Shown: positions 1 through 9,384, counted from the first letter of the stretch. The stretch: DNA of 32,000 bases from Cylindrospermopsis raciborskii Cr2010 (GCF_003367075.2 NZ_CP065936.1:1770001-1802000), one strand, 5' to 3'. Numbers and translations: made by a program. Notes: a model not told the origin generated them from the sequence alone.

Positions 1-1
1 G

Positions 2-226
2 ACGGACAGAGATATTGAATTGCCAGAAGATTTGCCAGATTTACCACGGGAGCTATCTTATTGGATAGCCAGTAACCTGTACGGTGTAGCCGATGAACAA
101 CAGGCACTGTTGGAATTACAGGATACCCAAGCCCGATTAAACAGGGAGTCGGAAATCTTGACATCTACTCGTAATCATCTAGCCGCACGTTCAGTCTTAA
201 AAGATACCTTTGATGATATAAAGTAG
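2..226 (+). CDS. 3' end of a gene entering from the left edge. The C-terminal region resembles cyanobacterial LON N-terminal (substrate-binding) domain proteins.
   Basis: The frame is open from base 2 (T-D-R-D-I-E then LPEDLP...), so the TTG at 20 in the ORF track is probably not the true start. Stop is TAG at 224-226. The family call rests only on remembered similarity of the ...ELSYWIASNL...EQQALLEL... tail. Confidence 0.4.
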   Translation, partial: TDRDIELPEDLPDLPRELSYWIASNLYGVADEQQALLELQDTQARLNRESEILTSTRNHLAARSVLKDTFDDIK

Positions 227-480
227 TATGTGAACTTGAAATTAAGATGAACGGGTGACGGTGGCAAAATCTGGTTCTCTCTATGAAGTGGGCAATTTTT
301 TGCATGTACCGTGGGAGGGATTTTTAAGCCATTTTAGGGACTAAAAAGCCAAAACATATTATTTATGACCAAAAACCTCAATATATCAAAACTTTAATCG
401 TTCTAACTCCAATTATTTAGGGTATAACATGAGAATATGTTTATCAAAAACTTTGGTTTTTGCCTTGGACACCTATTTTT

Positions 481-747
481 ATGGACATTCAGTTAATCAA
501 CATTGGTTTTGGCAACATAGTTTCTGCTAATCGGGTAATTGCCATTGTTAGTCCCGAATCAGCACCTATTAAGCGAATTATTGGCGATGCCAAAGATAGA
601 GGACAATTAGTTGACGCCACCTATGGTCGTCGCACTAGGGCGGTAATTATCACTGATTCTAGCCATGTTATTCTCTCAGCAATTCAGCCAGAAACAGTGG
701 CCAATCGTTTTGTTCTTTCCCGTGACCATCACACAGCTGACAATTGA
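481..747 (+). CDS. remA: RemA/YlzA (DUF370) family regulator
   Basis: [65 protein letters not shown] is near-identical in its core to Bacillus RemA. I prefer the ATG at 481 over the track start at 460. It sits directly upstream of gmk, the conserved remA-gmk pairing. Confidence 0.85.
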   Translation: MDIQLINIGFGNIVSANRVIAIVSPESAPIKRIIGDAKDRGQLVDATYGRRTRAVIITDSSHVILSAIQPETVANRFVLSRDHHTADN

Positions 748-768
748 TAATAAGTCCCAAATTAGACA

Positions 769-1374
769 ATGCAATTTTTACCTCTTATTTCCAGTGCTAC
801 TACCCGCCCCGGTAAGCTAATTGTTTTAACAGGTCCTAGTGGAGTTGGTAAGGGAACTTTAATACAAAAACTTTTGGCACAACATCCCCAATTGTATTAT
901 TCAGTTTCTGCTACTACTCGCTCTCCTCGTCTGGGAGAAATTGATGGCAAAAGTTATTACTTTATCACCCCCAACAGCTTTCAAGAGTTAGTTGCTCAGG
1001 GGGAATTTTTGGAGTGGGCGGAATTTGCTGGTAATTATTATGGAACTCCTCGTGCTGCTGTTCTCCAGCAAATTCAGTTGGGAAGATCGGTGATTTTAGA
1101 AATTGAATTGGCCGGGGCCAGACAAATCAAAGCTTCTTACCCTGACGCCTTAAGCATTTTTATTTTGCCTCCTTCATTTCTAGAATTAGAAAACCGCATC
1201 CGAGCAAGAGGACAAGATTCGGATGAAGCCATCACTCGTCGTCTTAACCGAGCTAAGGAAGAAATTAAAGCCGCTTCAGAATTTGATATTCAAATTGTCA
1301 ATGATGACTTCGCTACAACCTTAAATGAACTGGAAACTATTTTAAAAACTATTTCAAGTTTTTCACAGCTTTGA
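769..1374 (+). CDS. gmk: Guanylate kinase
   Basis: P-loop [10 protein letters not shown], then [19 protein letters not shown] and [13 protein letters not shown]. Typical length of 201 aa. Confidence 0.95.
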   Translation: MQFLPLISSATTRPGKLIVLTGPSGVGKGTLIQKLLAQHPQLYYSVSATTRSPRLGEIDGKSYYFITPNSFQELVAQGEFLEWAEFAGNYYGTPRAAVLQQIQLGRSVILEIELAGARQIKASYPDALSIFILPPSFLELENRIRARGQDSDEAITRRLNRAKEEIKAASEFDIQIVNDDFATTLNELETILKTISSFSQL

Positions 1375-1398
1375 GACTTAGATCTTCATCTTTTCCTT

Positions 1399-1439
1399 CC
1401 ACCTACCCAGATTGTTAAGGTCTGAGTAGGTTTGGGTGG
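1399..1439. terminator. Imperfect hairpin between convergent gmk and psaL (possible bidirectional terminator or RNA-stability element)
   Basis: CCACCTACCCAGA (1399-1411) pairs with TCTGAGTAGG..GG (1421-1435), with one mismatch and a 2-nt bulge, loop 1412-1420. No flanking U-tract on either strand, so support is weak. Confidence 0.25.
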
Positions 1440-1471
1440 ACATTAATAAGCGGGCGCAGAAATTATGGAAA

Positions 1472-1993
1472 TTAACCAATTAAACCTTGGATAATTCCAG
1501 AGTTCAGGGTCAAAAAGAAAGCAACTACAGCACCACCAATACCACCAATTAAGAACGCACTGGTGAAGTTATTCCAACTTTCTTTGGAGTTAAATGCGTC
1601 TCCTGGAACTTTGGTCACAGTTACACTCGCTAGCGCTGGAGCAGGATTGCTATTAGCATACAGAGACAGACATGCGGTAAGAATGATAACTAAACCCACA
1701 CTGCCCAATAATCCAGCTAAATTGGCATTGGCAGAATCACGTAGGGGACCTAACTTATCAAAAGGCCCAAAGAGTAAGTAGCCATGTGCCATACCCACTT
1801 CCAGTCCTCGTCTAAAAGGAGTTAAGCCAGGTCTATAAGCAGGTAAGTTGCCAATAAACCACTTAACCAAAGGGGATGAGTTAATTGGGGTTTCCAAATT
1901 TCCATCCTGGGGATTACCACCAGCTGCTCTTACAGTTTGCTGATTTCTGGGATCACTGGGGAGATTTTTAGATTTATTTGCTGCTTGTGCCAT
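1472..1993 (-). CDS. psaL: Photosystem I reaction centre subunit XI (PsaL)
   Basis: MAQAANKSKNLPSDPRN...NLETPINSSPLVKWFIGNLPAYRPGLTPFRRGLEVGMAHGY...WNNFTSAFLIGGIGGAVVAFFL matches the Anabaena-type PsaL along its full length. Confidence 0.95.
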   Translation of the reverse strand: MAQAANKSKNLPSDPRNQQTVRAAGGNPQDGNLETPINSSPLVKWFIGNLPAYRPGLTPFRRGLEVGMAHGYLLFGPFDKLGPLRDSANANLAGLLGSVGLVIILTACLSLYANSNPAPALASVTVTKVPGDAFNSKESWNNFTSAFLIGGIGGAVVAFFLTLNSGIIQGLIG

Positions 1994-2029
1994 GTTTTGT
2001 ATTGCCTCAATATTGCTTCAACATTATGG

Positions 2030-2095
2030 TCGGTAAACAGTTGTGAAGGATAGGTTGAGATATGGTTAACTCTCCTAAATGGTACTGTTTACCGA
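2030..2095 (-). repeat. 12-bp perfect inverted repeat in the psaJ-psaL spacer
   Basis: TCGGTAAACAGT (2030-2041) and ACTGTTTACCGA (2084-2095) are exact reverse complements, separated by 42 nt. Confidence 0.6.
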
Positions 2096-2122
2096 TCAAG
2101 ACTATATTTCGGTCTAGCTGGC

Positions 2123-2272
2123 CTAGGGTAGGGGGTGGAACAGTAGGTCAGGGAAAAAGCGGTTAAATTCGATGAGAATACCCGCTGTGATAGTCAGCCA
2201 AATTGTAGCTGCTACGGGAGCTGTGGAAATGAACTTGATTAGGTAGGATGATTGATCGCTTTTATCAGCCAT
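2123..2272 (-). CDS. psaJ: Photosystem I subunit IX (PsaJ), 49 aa. Not in the supplied ORF track.
   Basis: Manual translation of the minus strand from the ATG at 2272 gives [49 protein letters not shown], ending at TAG 2125-2123. This is canonical PsaJ, located between psaF and psaL. Confidence 0.9.
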   Translation of the reverse strand: MADKSDQSSYLIKFISTAPVAATIWLTITAGILIEFNRFFPDLLFHPLP

Positions 2273-2312
2273 GGATTTAGTCTCCGAAAACAAGTGGATA
2301 GAAGCAGATGAA

Positions 2313-2807
2313 CTAGCGAGGAGAAACGGTAATTTCCGAGTCCTTAGCAGTTAATTCACCAGAGAGAAATTCTTTAATCGCTGCTGCTGGCCAAGCAAAC
2401 CCAGTGGTGATAATGGGTAGTGCTAAACCCAGATCAATTTGGATCTCTTTTTGCTCGCTATCAGCTTCTTTTTTGATTGCTTGTAAATAAGCACGGCCTA
2501 CCCAACCAATCCAACCAGCAATGTAAAGGAAAAGAATACTAGGAATTAAAAAGTCCCCTGCACGATCTAAACGACCGTCAACAATTAGGTGAGGATAGCC
2601 CTCAGGACCACATAGAGCCTGTGAATATCGTTCAAACCGTTTTTTCCCAGATTCGGGATCAGCAGTGGTATTACGGGCATTTAGAGCCAGATCTTGAAAA
2701 GCGGGAGAGTCTTTACAAGGAACAAGGTTGGCACCCAGGGCGTGGGCCTGAGGGGCAAAATTGAACCAGAGACCAATCGCTAAAATCAAAGCAAACAATC
2801 GTCGCAT
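2313..2807 (-). CDS. psaF: Photosystem I subunit III (PsaF) precursor
   Basis: [23 protein letters not shown] signal peptide, then the mature ...[15 protein letters not shown]...[24 protein letters not shown] prefer the ATG at 2807, because the track start at 2879 adds 24 non-conserved residues. Confidence 0.93.
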   Translation of the reverse strand: MRRLFALILAIGLWFNFAPQAHALGANLVPCKDSPAFQDLALNARNTTADPESGKKRFERYSQALCGPEGYPHLIVDGRLDRAGDFLIPSILFLYIAGWIGWVGRAYLQAIKKEADSEQKEIQIDLGLALPIITTGFAWPAAAIKEFLSGELTAKDSEITVSPR

Positions 2808-3147
2808 GGAGTTGTTTCCCTTTGTTACAAAAAAGTAAGTTTTTTGACTTTTCTCCGCTCTAAAGAGACGGAAATTCATTTTGGCGCAGTCAAAAACGCC
2901 TCACTGACTCCATCTGGATCAACTCCAAATATTGTCGATACTTTTTTTCATGTTACCATGGTGTACAAAACGAAGCGGCCTGTACAGTGTGGGATTTTGA
3001 TAACTAGCAAGTCATCATACTCTTGGCAAGGAATCGAGTAAAGTTGAACTAAATAAAAGTTAAAGCTTCGCAACCAAAAGTAAGATTTGACGACTTGGGG
3101 GATTGAACAGATCTCTCATTCCCATTTTCTCACACCTAAAACAAATT

Positions 3148-4191
3148 ATGACAACTATATTAGCTATCGAAACCAGTTGTGATGAGACTGCTGTGGCTAT
3201 CGTTAAAAATCGTTACGTGAAAAGCAGTGTCATAGCTTCCCAGATTCCTCTCCATCAGCAGTATGGTGGAGTGGTTCCAGAGGTGGCTTCTAGACAACAT
3301 TTAGAAACAATTAATCAGGTAATAGCACAGGCCCTAGATGACAGTTTGATGGAATGGGGAGAAATTGATGGTGTTGCTGCTACTTGTGCCCCCGGACTGG
3401 TGGGAGCTTTATTAGTGGGTCTCACTGCTGGAAAAACTTTGGCTATGGTCCATGAAAAGCCTTTTTTGGGAGTTCACCACCTAGAAGGTCATATTTATGC
3501 TACCTATTTGGCTGAACCTGATTTGAATCCCCCCTTTCTTAGCTTACTTGTTTCTGGTGGACATACAAGCTTGATTTATGTTCAAGATTGTGGTAAGTAC
3601 GAAACTTTAGGACAAACTGTTGATGATGCTGCAGGTGAGGCCTTTGATAAGGTGGCTCGCTTATTGGGCTTAGCTTATCCCGGGGGCCCAATTATTGACC
3701 AGTTGGCACAAATGGGCAATCCTCATGCTTTCTCTTTGCCAGAAGGCAAAATTTCTTTGCCCCAAGGTGGTTATCACCCCTATAATTCTAGTTTTAGTGG
3801 TCTAAAAACAGCTGTGTTAAGGCTTGTGCAACAATTTCAAAAAGATGGGGAAAAAATACCTGTAGCAGATATTGCTGCCAGCTTTCAAGCAACTCTGGCT
3901 AAAGCCTTGACTAAAAGAGCGATCGCCTGTGCATATAATTATGGTATAAAAACAATTGCCGTAGGTGGTGGTGTGGCAGCTAACAGTGGGCTTAGACAAC
4001 ACTTACAAGCTGCTGCCAGAGAGCATAATCTCCGGGTTCTTTTCCCCCCCTTAAAATTCTGTACTGATAATGCTGCTATGATTGGTTGTGCTGCATCTGA
4101 CCATCTGTTACGTGGTCACCGGTCTAATTTGACTTTAGGGGTTCATTCCCGACTACCTGTGACTCAGGTGATGGATTTATATAAAGTTTAA
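3148..4191 (+). CDS. tsaD: tRNA N6-adenosine threonylcarbamoyltransferase (TsaD/Gcp/Kae1 family)
   Basis: [19 protein letters not shown]..., [39 protein letters not shown] and [10 protein letters not shown] prefer the ATG at 3148 over the track start at 3103. Confidence 0.9.
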   Translation: MTTILAIETSCDETAVAIVKNRYVKSSVIASQIPLHQQYGGVVPEVASRQHLETINQVIAQALDDSLMEWGEIDGVAATCAPGLVGALLVGLTAGKTLAMVHEKPFLGVHHLEGHIYATYLAEPDLNPPFLSLLVSGGHTSLIYVQDCGKYETLGQTVDDAAGEAFDKVARLLGLAYPGGPIIDQLAQMGNPHAFSLPEGKISLPQGGYHPYNSSFSGLKTAVLRLVQQFQKDGEKIPVADIAASFQATLAKALTKRAIACAYNYGIKTIAVGGGVAANSGLRQHLQAAAREHNLRVLFPPLKFCTDNAAMIGCAASDHLLRGHRSNLTLGVHSRLPVTQVMDLYKV

Positions 4192-5048
4192 CCAGTAATA
4201 ATTGAAATAATATGTTGACTAACTGCATCCGGTTGCTCTAGCATGGCCAGGTGGCCACAATTGGGAATTTCAATCACATTATCGCCAACATATTGAAACA
4301 GCCAATGAAAGCTGGCCAAATGACGTACATACTTAGGTTCTATTACCTTATCATTAGCGCCCGTTAAAAAGTAAACTGGCTGTTTTATCTGTGAAACTAA
4401 CTGAGGTAAACTATTCACTTCCTCTTCAGTTGTGGAACTCATAAGTGTTCCTATAGCTGATTGAGGATCAGCGATGATAAAATCCATAATTCTTTGACGG
4501 GCCCAGTGCCGATCCAAAGGACGTGCCACATTAGTTCTAGTAAAAAACAAATCAATTAAAGGGAGTTGGTAAAGCCAACGAGGTCGTATTTGGAGAAACT
4601 TTTGACCGGTGGCACGAAACCGCTCAAAGGCCTCTTTCAAGTAAATTCCACCACCAGCATTAATACAAATTACACCTTGAACCAAGTTTGGCAATTGCAA
4701 TGCGGTTCTTAAAGCAATTGTACCTCCCCAGGAATGACCAATTAGCCAAACTCTAGAAATACTCAGTAATTCCAGGAGAGTAATTAGGTCTTGAGAATAG
4801 GCCCCAGTGGAATAGGGAGAATGCTCATGGGAGTTATCGGGTTGATCACAGGATTGGCATTGAGATTCCCCAAAACCCCGCAAATCGTATGACAGACACT
4901 GAAAATCAAGGGAGATACGGGAAATTAGCGGTTGCCAATAGCTACGACTATTTAGCCAACCGTGGATAAACACCAGGGTTTCAGGGTGGGAGGTAGGGAC
5001 TGTTAATTCGTAGGCGTGTGGAACGCCATGTATTTCTATTTTTGCCAT
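4188..5048 (-). CDS. Alpha/beta-fold hydrolase, substrate unknown
   Basis: HGWLNS oxyanion region, nucleophile elbow GHSWGG and a C-terminal [11 protein letters not shown] histidine motif. 286 aa. Confidence 0.8.
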   Translation of the reverse strand: MAKIEIHGVPHAYELTVPTSHPETLVFIHGWLNSRSYWQPLISRISLDFQCLSYDLRGFGESQCQSCDQPDNSHEHSPYSTGAYSQDLITLLELLSISRVWLIGHSWGGTIALRTALQLPNLVQGVICINAGGGIYLKEAFERFRATGQKFLQIRPRWLYQLPLIDLFFTRTNVARPLDRHWARQRIMDFIIADPQSAIGTLMSSTTEEEVNSLPQLVSQIKQPVYFLTGANDKVIEPKYVRHLASFHWLFQYVGDNVIEIPNCGHLAMLEQPDAVSQHIISIITG

Positions 5049-5334
5049 ACCCGGGGTTTGATAGGGGAAGTTAAATCAATTACAGTCAAGTTTCCTAGAC
5101 TATTTTAACCTGTTCTATGCCCAACTATAAAATCTGGAACTGGAAGGAACAGAAAGTGCTAAAGTTAAAAGTGTGTGAAAAATCTGATCCAGAATCACGA
5201 TTACCCTTTCTGACCTCTATTCAACTTACCCCCTGTGGTTCTTGAGCAGAAATTAAATGGTATAAGCGTTTTTCTGGATTAGTAAGCACTGTCAAATATC
5301 AACAACTTATTCGTGTTACCCGAACCGCATTGGC

Positions 5335-5853
5335 ATGGGTTTTTGGAAAACTTGGTTTACTAATTCCAACTCTGTAGCGACAACTAAAACCGGCACATTT
5401 GATGAGTATGCACGGGGACGTAATTCTAGCGTCAGTGGCGATACCATTGTCTTCAGCACTGAACGAGATATTGATCTATACGAACTGGAAGAACTCTGTG
5501 ATGCGGTTGGTTGGTCGCGCCGTCCCCTAAGAAAAGTGAAAAGAGCCATTGACCATAGCTTCCTCGTAGCCTCCATGTGGCAAATAGGAGGGAGCAAAAA
5601 GCGGTTAATTGGTTTTGCTCGTGCTACGTCAGATCATGCTTTTAATGCCACTATTTGGGATGTGGTAGTTCATCCAGACTTCCAAAATCAAGGTTTGGGT
5701 AAGGCATTGATGAAATTTGTTCTCAAAAAACTCAGAAACGAGGAAATTAGTAATGTGACTCTTTTTGCTGATGCCCATGTGGTCGATTTCTACCGCACTA
5801 TGGGGTTTATCCCAGACCCAGAGGGGATTAAGGGGATGTTCTGGTATCCTTAA
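5335..5853 (+). CDS. GNAT family N-acetyltransferase
   Basis: Acetyl-CoA binding motif [17 protein letters not shown] and the overall GNAT pattern. It resembles the cyanobacterial/plastid NSI-SNAT type, from memory only. Confidence 0.8.
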   Translation: MGFWKTWFTNSNSVATTKTGTFDEYARGRNSSVSGDTIVFSTERDIDLYELEELCDAVGWSRRPLRKVKRAIDHSFLVASMWQIGGSKKRLIGFARATSDHAFNATIWDVVVHPDFQNQGLGKALMKFVLKKLRNEEISNVTLFADAHVVDFYRTMGFIPDPEGIKGMFWYP

Positions 5854-5884
5854 TGATCCTGGGAAAGGGAGGTCATGTAAAAAG

Positions 5885-5958
5885 TCGGGATGACAGGATT
5901 TGAACCTGCGGCATCCTGCTCCCAAAGCAGGCGCGCTACCAAGCTGCGCTACATCCCG
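5885..5958 (-). tRNA. tRNA-Pro (anticodon UGG), 74 nt, no encoded CCA
   Basis: The reverse complement reads CGGGATGTAGCGCAGCTTGGTAGCGCGCCTGCTTTGGGAGCAGGATGCCGCAGGTTCAAATCCTGTCATCCCGA. Acceptor stem CGGGATG/CATCCCG, D arm GCGC/GCGC, anticodon arm CCTGC-TTTGGGA-GCAGG, and a GTTCAAATC T-loop. Confidence 0.9.
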
Positions 5959-6189
5959 ATAAGTGGACTTTTATGTGGGGCGGAAGTTTTACGCACCATA
6001 TAACACCATATACAAACTAACTTATTTTTTTTGTTTTGTCAACAGCAACTGCACTTTTTTTGAAAGTTAGTGGTCGAAGGAGCATGTTGCACCTCCACAA
6101 TTTGTTAAACTTTCAATGGCAGTCTGTGGGATAGTTCCCAGATGTTTCAAACAAAATACGCTAATTCAAAACAAGGAGAATCACAGCAA

Positions 6190-6294
6190 ATGGGCGGGGA
6201 AATTTTAAATGCAGGCATTTTGTCCTTCGGACTGATTTTCGCTGGTTGGGCTATCGGTGCCCTACTGCTGAAAATTCAGGGAGCAGGAGAATAG
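6190..6294 (+). CDS. petM: Cytochrome b6f complex subunit 7 (PetM), 34 aa. Not in the supplied ORF track.
   Basis: Manual translation gives [34 protein letters not shown] with TAG at 6292-6294. AAGGAGA lies about 10 nt upstream of the ATG. The sequence matches the conserved PetM pattern ...[19 protein letters not shown].... Confidence 0.85.
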   Translation: MGGEILNAGILSFGLIFAGWAIGALLLKIQGAGE

Positions 6295-6313
6295 ATTCAA
6301 AAAAATGGGTAAC

Positions 6314-6333
6314 TCCCCACCTGAAGGTGGGGG
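6314..6333 (+). terminator. Stem-loop downstream of petM
   Basis: TCCCCACC (6314-6321), loop TGAA, then GGTGGGGA (6326-6333): 8 bp and GC-rich. No U-tract follows, so it may be a stability element rather than an intrinsic terminator. Confidence 0.3.
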
Positions 6334-6432
6334 ATCCCAACCACAAAAATGTGAAAAATGTAAAGTTTTATTTCTATACCTGAACTCTGTTAAAATTTTT
6401 ATCACAAAACATAAAAATTTATAACGACCATA

Positions 6433-7428
6433 ATGACATTACTAGTTGTTGGTGCTACTGGCACTCTTGGCAGACAAGTTGTTCGTCGTGCTGTAGATGA
6501 GGGTTACAAAGTCCGCTGTTTAGTAAGAAGTCTGAAAAAAGCAGCATTTCTGAAAGAGTGGGGCGCCGAACTGGTGAAAGGGGACTTGTGTTATCCAGAA
6601 ACCTTAGTGGGTGCTTTAGAAGGCGTAACGCAGGTAATAGACGCTTCCACTTCTCGTGCCACAGATTCATTAACTATTAAACAAGTGGACTGGGAAGGTA
6701 AAGTAGCATTAGTTCAAGCTGCTAAGTCTGCTGGTATAGAGCGGTTTATTTTCTTCTCAATTTTGGATGCTGAAAAATATCCTAATGTCCCCTTGATGGA
6801 AATTAAGCGCTGTACAGAGTTGTTCATAGTTGAATCTGGCTTAAACTATACAATTTTAAGACTAGCTGGTTTTATGCAAGGGTTGATTGGTCAATATGGC
6901 ATTCCTATTTTGGAAAATCAGCCAGTGTGGGTAACTGGTGAGTCCTCACCGGTAGCTTATATGGATACCCAAGATATTGCTAAGTTTGCAATTCGGGCTC
7001 TGACTGTACCAGACACTGAGAAACAAACCTTTCCTCTAGTTGGGACTCGTGCTTGGAGTGCAGAAGAAATAATTGATATTTGTGAGCGCCTGTCAGGAAA
7101 AGATGCCAAAATCACACGAATGCCCTTAGGACTGCTACGGGGTGTTCAGGGTCTGCTACGATTTTTTCAGTGGGGGTGGAATGTGGCTGATAGACTGGCC
7201 TTTTCAGAAGTTCTAGCCAGTGGTAAACCTCTCAATGCTTCTATGGACGAAGTATACACAGCATTTGGACTAGATAAACAACAAATTACTACTGTAGAAG
7301 TTTACTTACAGGAGTATTTTAGTAGGATTATGAAAAAGCTAAAAGAGTTAGACTACCAAAAAGCAAAAGAGAAGAAAAAAGACAAAAAAACCCCTTTCAA
7401 GCAGTCTACAAAAGTTAATAGTCAATAA
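6433..7428 (+). CDS. Atypical SDR / NmrA-like NAD(P)-binding protein, Ycf39-like
   Basis: N-terminal Rossmann motif [29 protein letters not shown] and overall resemblance to Ycf39/Slr0399-type proteins. It carries a Lys-rich C-terminal tail ([19 protein letters not shown]...). Confidence 0.7.
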   Translation: MTLLVVGATGTLGRQVVRRAVDEGYKVRCLVRSLKKAAFLKEWGAELVKGDLCYPETLVGALEGVTQVIDASTSRATDSLTIKQVDWEGKVALVQAAKSAGIERFIFFSILDAEKYPNVPLMEIKRCTELFIVESGLNYTILRLAGFMQGLIGQYGIPILENQPVWVTGESSPVAYMDTQDIAKFAIRALTVPDTEKQTFPLVGTRAWSAEEIIDICERLSGKDAKITRMPLGLLRGVQGLLRFFQWGWNVADRLAFSEVLASGKPLNASMDEVYTAFGLDKQQITTVEVYLQEYFSRIMKKLKELDYQKAKEKKKDKKTPFKQSTKVNSQ

Positions 7429-7511
7429 AATTCCCAATCGGTGACTATATTATTCCAAAATGTGTCAGGATAACTAAATATCAAGCAGCGCCCAAACCTG
7501 GATGTTTTAAT

Positions 7512-8429
7512 GTGCCAAAAGCAGGCATTATCTACAATGACGTAAAACCGATAGCGGGTCGAGTCGCTATCGAACTCAAAGACCAGCTGACCGCCGCTGG
7601 TTGGGATGTGTGTATGACAGCAAGTATTGGTGGTATATTGGGCTACTCCAACCCTGATAGTCCCGTATGCCACACTCCCATATCAGGTCTTACACCTCCC
7701 GGATTTGACTCAGATATGCGGTTTGCAGTGGTATTAGGTGGAGACGGGACAGTTTTAGCAGCTTCCCGTCAAGTTGCTCCCTCCGGTGTACCATTGTTAA
7801 CTGTAAACACAGGTCACATGGGATTTTTGACGGAGACCTATCTGAATCAGCTGCCCACAGCTATGGAGCAGGTGATGGAGGGTCACTATGAAATCGAAGA
7901 CCGAGCCATGCTGAATGTTCAAGTCTGGAGGGGAGACTCAGTTCTGTGGGAAGCGCTTTGTTTAAATGAAATGGTATTGCATCGAGAACCACTAACCTCG
8001 ATGTGCCATTTTGAAATTGAAATAGGTCGTCATGCAGCTGTGGATATTGCCGCAGATGGTGTAATTGTTTCTACTCCTACAGGTTCAACAGCCTACTCTT
8101 TAAGCGCTGGCGGTCCGGTGATTGCCCCGGGCGTGCCCGTACTGCAGTTGGTTCCTATTTGTCCCCATTCTCTAGCTTCAAGAGCTTTAGTGTTTCCCGA
8201 TCATGAACCAGTAAATATTTACCCGGTTAACATCCCTCGATTGGTGATGGTCGTTGATGGTAATGGTGGGTGTTTTGTCTTGTCCGAGGATCGGGTATAT
8301 TTACGCCGCTCGGAATACAAGGCTAGGTTTATACGCTTACAACCACCAGAGTTTTTCCGAATTTTACGGGAGAAATTGGGTTGGGGACTACCCCATATTG
8401 CTAAACCAAGTTCGGTGGAGTTGCCATAA
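7512..8429 (+). CDS. nadK: NAD(+) kinase
   Basis: GGDGTVL motif, NTGHMGFL and [19 protein letters not shown] start at 7512. Confidence 0.9.
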   Translation: MPKAGIIYNDVKPIAGRVAIELKDQLTAAGWDVCMTASIGGILGYSNPDSPVCHTPISGLTPPGFDSDMRFAVVLGGDGTVLAASRQVAPSGVPLLTVNTGHMGFLTETYLNQLPTAMEQVMEGHYEIEDRAMLNVQVWRGDSVLWEALCLNEMVLHREPLTSMCHFEIEIGRHAAVDIAADGVIVSTPTGSTAYSLSAGGPVIAPGVPVLQLVPICPHSLASRALVFPDHEPVNIYPVNIPRLVMVVDGNGGCFVLSEDRVYLRRSEYKARFIRLQPPEFFRILREKLGWGLPHIAKPSSVELP

Positions 8430-8476
8430 CTTTTGATCATTATCCAGCAGTAAACCCTTATATTGGAAAAATCAAT

Positions 8477-9163
8477 ATGACGCCTTCTCATGGCTCCCGT
8501 GTTCTGGTGATTGAACCTGATGAAACTCTAGCTAGTCAATTGGGCTTTGATCTTCAAGAGGCTGGATATGAGGCTATTATAGCTACTGATGCTAATAGCG
8601 GTTTGCATAAATGTCGAGATTTACAACCGGCTTTAATAGTTGTAGACAGAATGTTGCCAGGAGAGTCTGGATTATCTTTTTGTAAGAACCTCCGTGCCAC
8701 TGGCAATACTAAGCCAGTTCTGATATTAATGGCCAGAGATGCGATGGATGACCGTGTTGCTTGCCTAGAAGCGGGTGCAGATGATTATATTCTTAAGCCT
8801 TACCGTTCCGAGGAATTTTCCAAGCTCATTCGTCTATATCTAAAACCAGATGTTGAAAGTAGTGAACAGTTACGCTTTGTAGATCTAGCCTTAGATATTG
8901 GTACTCGTCGCGCTATCTATAACAATAAAGCCATTGATTTAACAATGAAGGAATTTGAACTATTAAAGTTCTTTATGGAACATCCCCGGGAAGTTTTAAC
9001 CCGGGAACAAATTTTGGAAAATGTTTGGGGTTATGACTTTGTCGGTGAGTCAAATGTGATTGAAGTATACATTCGCTACTTACGATTGAAAATCGAAGAA
9101 AATGGACAAAAGCGTTTGATTCAAACAGTGCGAGGTGTGGGATATGTATTAAGGGAGTCCTAG
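8477..9163 (+). CDS. OmpR-family response regulator (receiver plus winged helix) with an atypical receiver pocket
   Basis: The receiver has VVDRMLPGESG (phospho-acceptor Asp) and YILKPY. The C-terminal wHTH has LTMKEFELLKFFMEHPREVLTREQILENVWG...IEVYIRYLRLKIE...IQTVRGVGYVL. No histidine kinase is adjacent. Confidence 0.9.
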   Translation: MTPSHGSRVLVIEPDETLASQLGFDLQEAGYEAIIATDANSGLHKCRDLQPALIVVDRMLPGESGLSFCKNLRATGNTKPVLILMARDAMDDRVACLEAGADDYILKPYRSEEFSKLIRLYLKPDVESSEQLRFVDLALDIGTRRAIYNNKAIDLTMKEFELLKFFMEHPREVLTREQILENVWGYDFVGESNVIEVYIRYLRLKIEENGQKRLIQTVRGVGYVLRES

Positions 9164-9188
9164 CTAGAAAAAAATTTTGTTTAGCCTA

Positions 9189-9216
9189 TTGCCAAAACAA
9201 AAAACTAAGCTATAAT
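9189..9216 (+). promoter_or_regulatory. Candidate sigma70-type promoter for tRNA-Leu
   Basis: TTGCCA (9189-9194), a 16-nt spacer, then TATAAT (9211-9216), with the -10 hexamer ending 18 nt upstream of the mature tRNA 5' end. Confidence 0.4.
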
Positions 9217-9234
9217 AGGAAAGTTGCTGAAGAA

Positions 9235-9318
9235 GGGCGGATGGCGAAACTGGTAGACGCACCACACTCAAAATGTGGCGACCTTGCGGTCATAGGAGTT
9301 CGATTCTCCTTCTGCCCA
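9235..9318 (+). tRNA. tRNA-Leu (anticodon CAA), 84 nt, class II long variable arm, no encoded CCA
   Basis: GGGCGGATGGCGAAACTGGTAGACGCACCACACTCAAAATGTGGCGACCTTGCGGTCATAGGAGTTCGATTCTCCTTCTGCCCA. Acceptor stem GGGCGGA/TCTGCCC, anticodon arm CCACA-CTCAAAA-TGTGG, T arm AGGAG-TTCGATT-CTCCT. Confidence 0.9.
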
Positions 9319-9346
9319 TTAAAGAAAATAAAAATGCTTCCCAGGA

Positions 9347-9384
9347 GAGCAAGCCACGCCGGCATACACTGGCGCAGCTTGCTT
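9347..9384. terminator. GC-rich hairpin between the tRNA-Leu 3' end and the prxQ 3' end (candidate bidirectional terminator)
   Basis: GAGCAAGC-CA-CGCC [loop GGCATACACT] GGCG-CA-GCTTGCTT. An A/T-rich tract follows on both strands (TTAAAAGAA on plus; a T-rich run about 15 nt downstream on minus). Confidence 0.45.

Noticed and set aside
1563-1781. Antisense or shadow ORFs in the track that lie inside well-supported genes. Other examples are 3817-4002, 5316-5597, 5629-5925, 6455-6670, 7422-7673, 8219-8491, 9604-9807, 14268-14453, 15417-15698, 15899-16102, 16161-16382, 19273-19518, 20867-21109, 23790-23990, 25313-25579, 26074-26292, 27815-28027, 29777-29962, 31051-31257 and 31362-31562.
   Set aside because: Each is fully or largely embedded opposite or out of frame to a gene with strong family motifs. 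Their translations are low-complexity with no recognisable motifs. One (5629-5925) also runs through the tRNA-Pro gene.
2808-2879. N-terminal extensions suggested by the track for psaF (also remA 460-480, tsaD 3103-3147, prxQ 9842-9889, hemA 19152-19241, bolA 24552-24668 and the membrane protein 31753-31851).
   Set aside because: Conserved protein N-termini begin at the internal ATG in each case. The extensions are non-conserved, some require non-ATG starts, and some overlap neighbouring genes.
2844-3041. 65-aa plus-strand ORF in the psaF/tsaD divergent region.
   Set aside because: It overlaps the psaF 5' region, has no recognisable motif or ribosome-binding site, and the region is better explained as divergent promoters.
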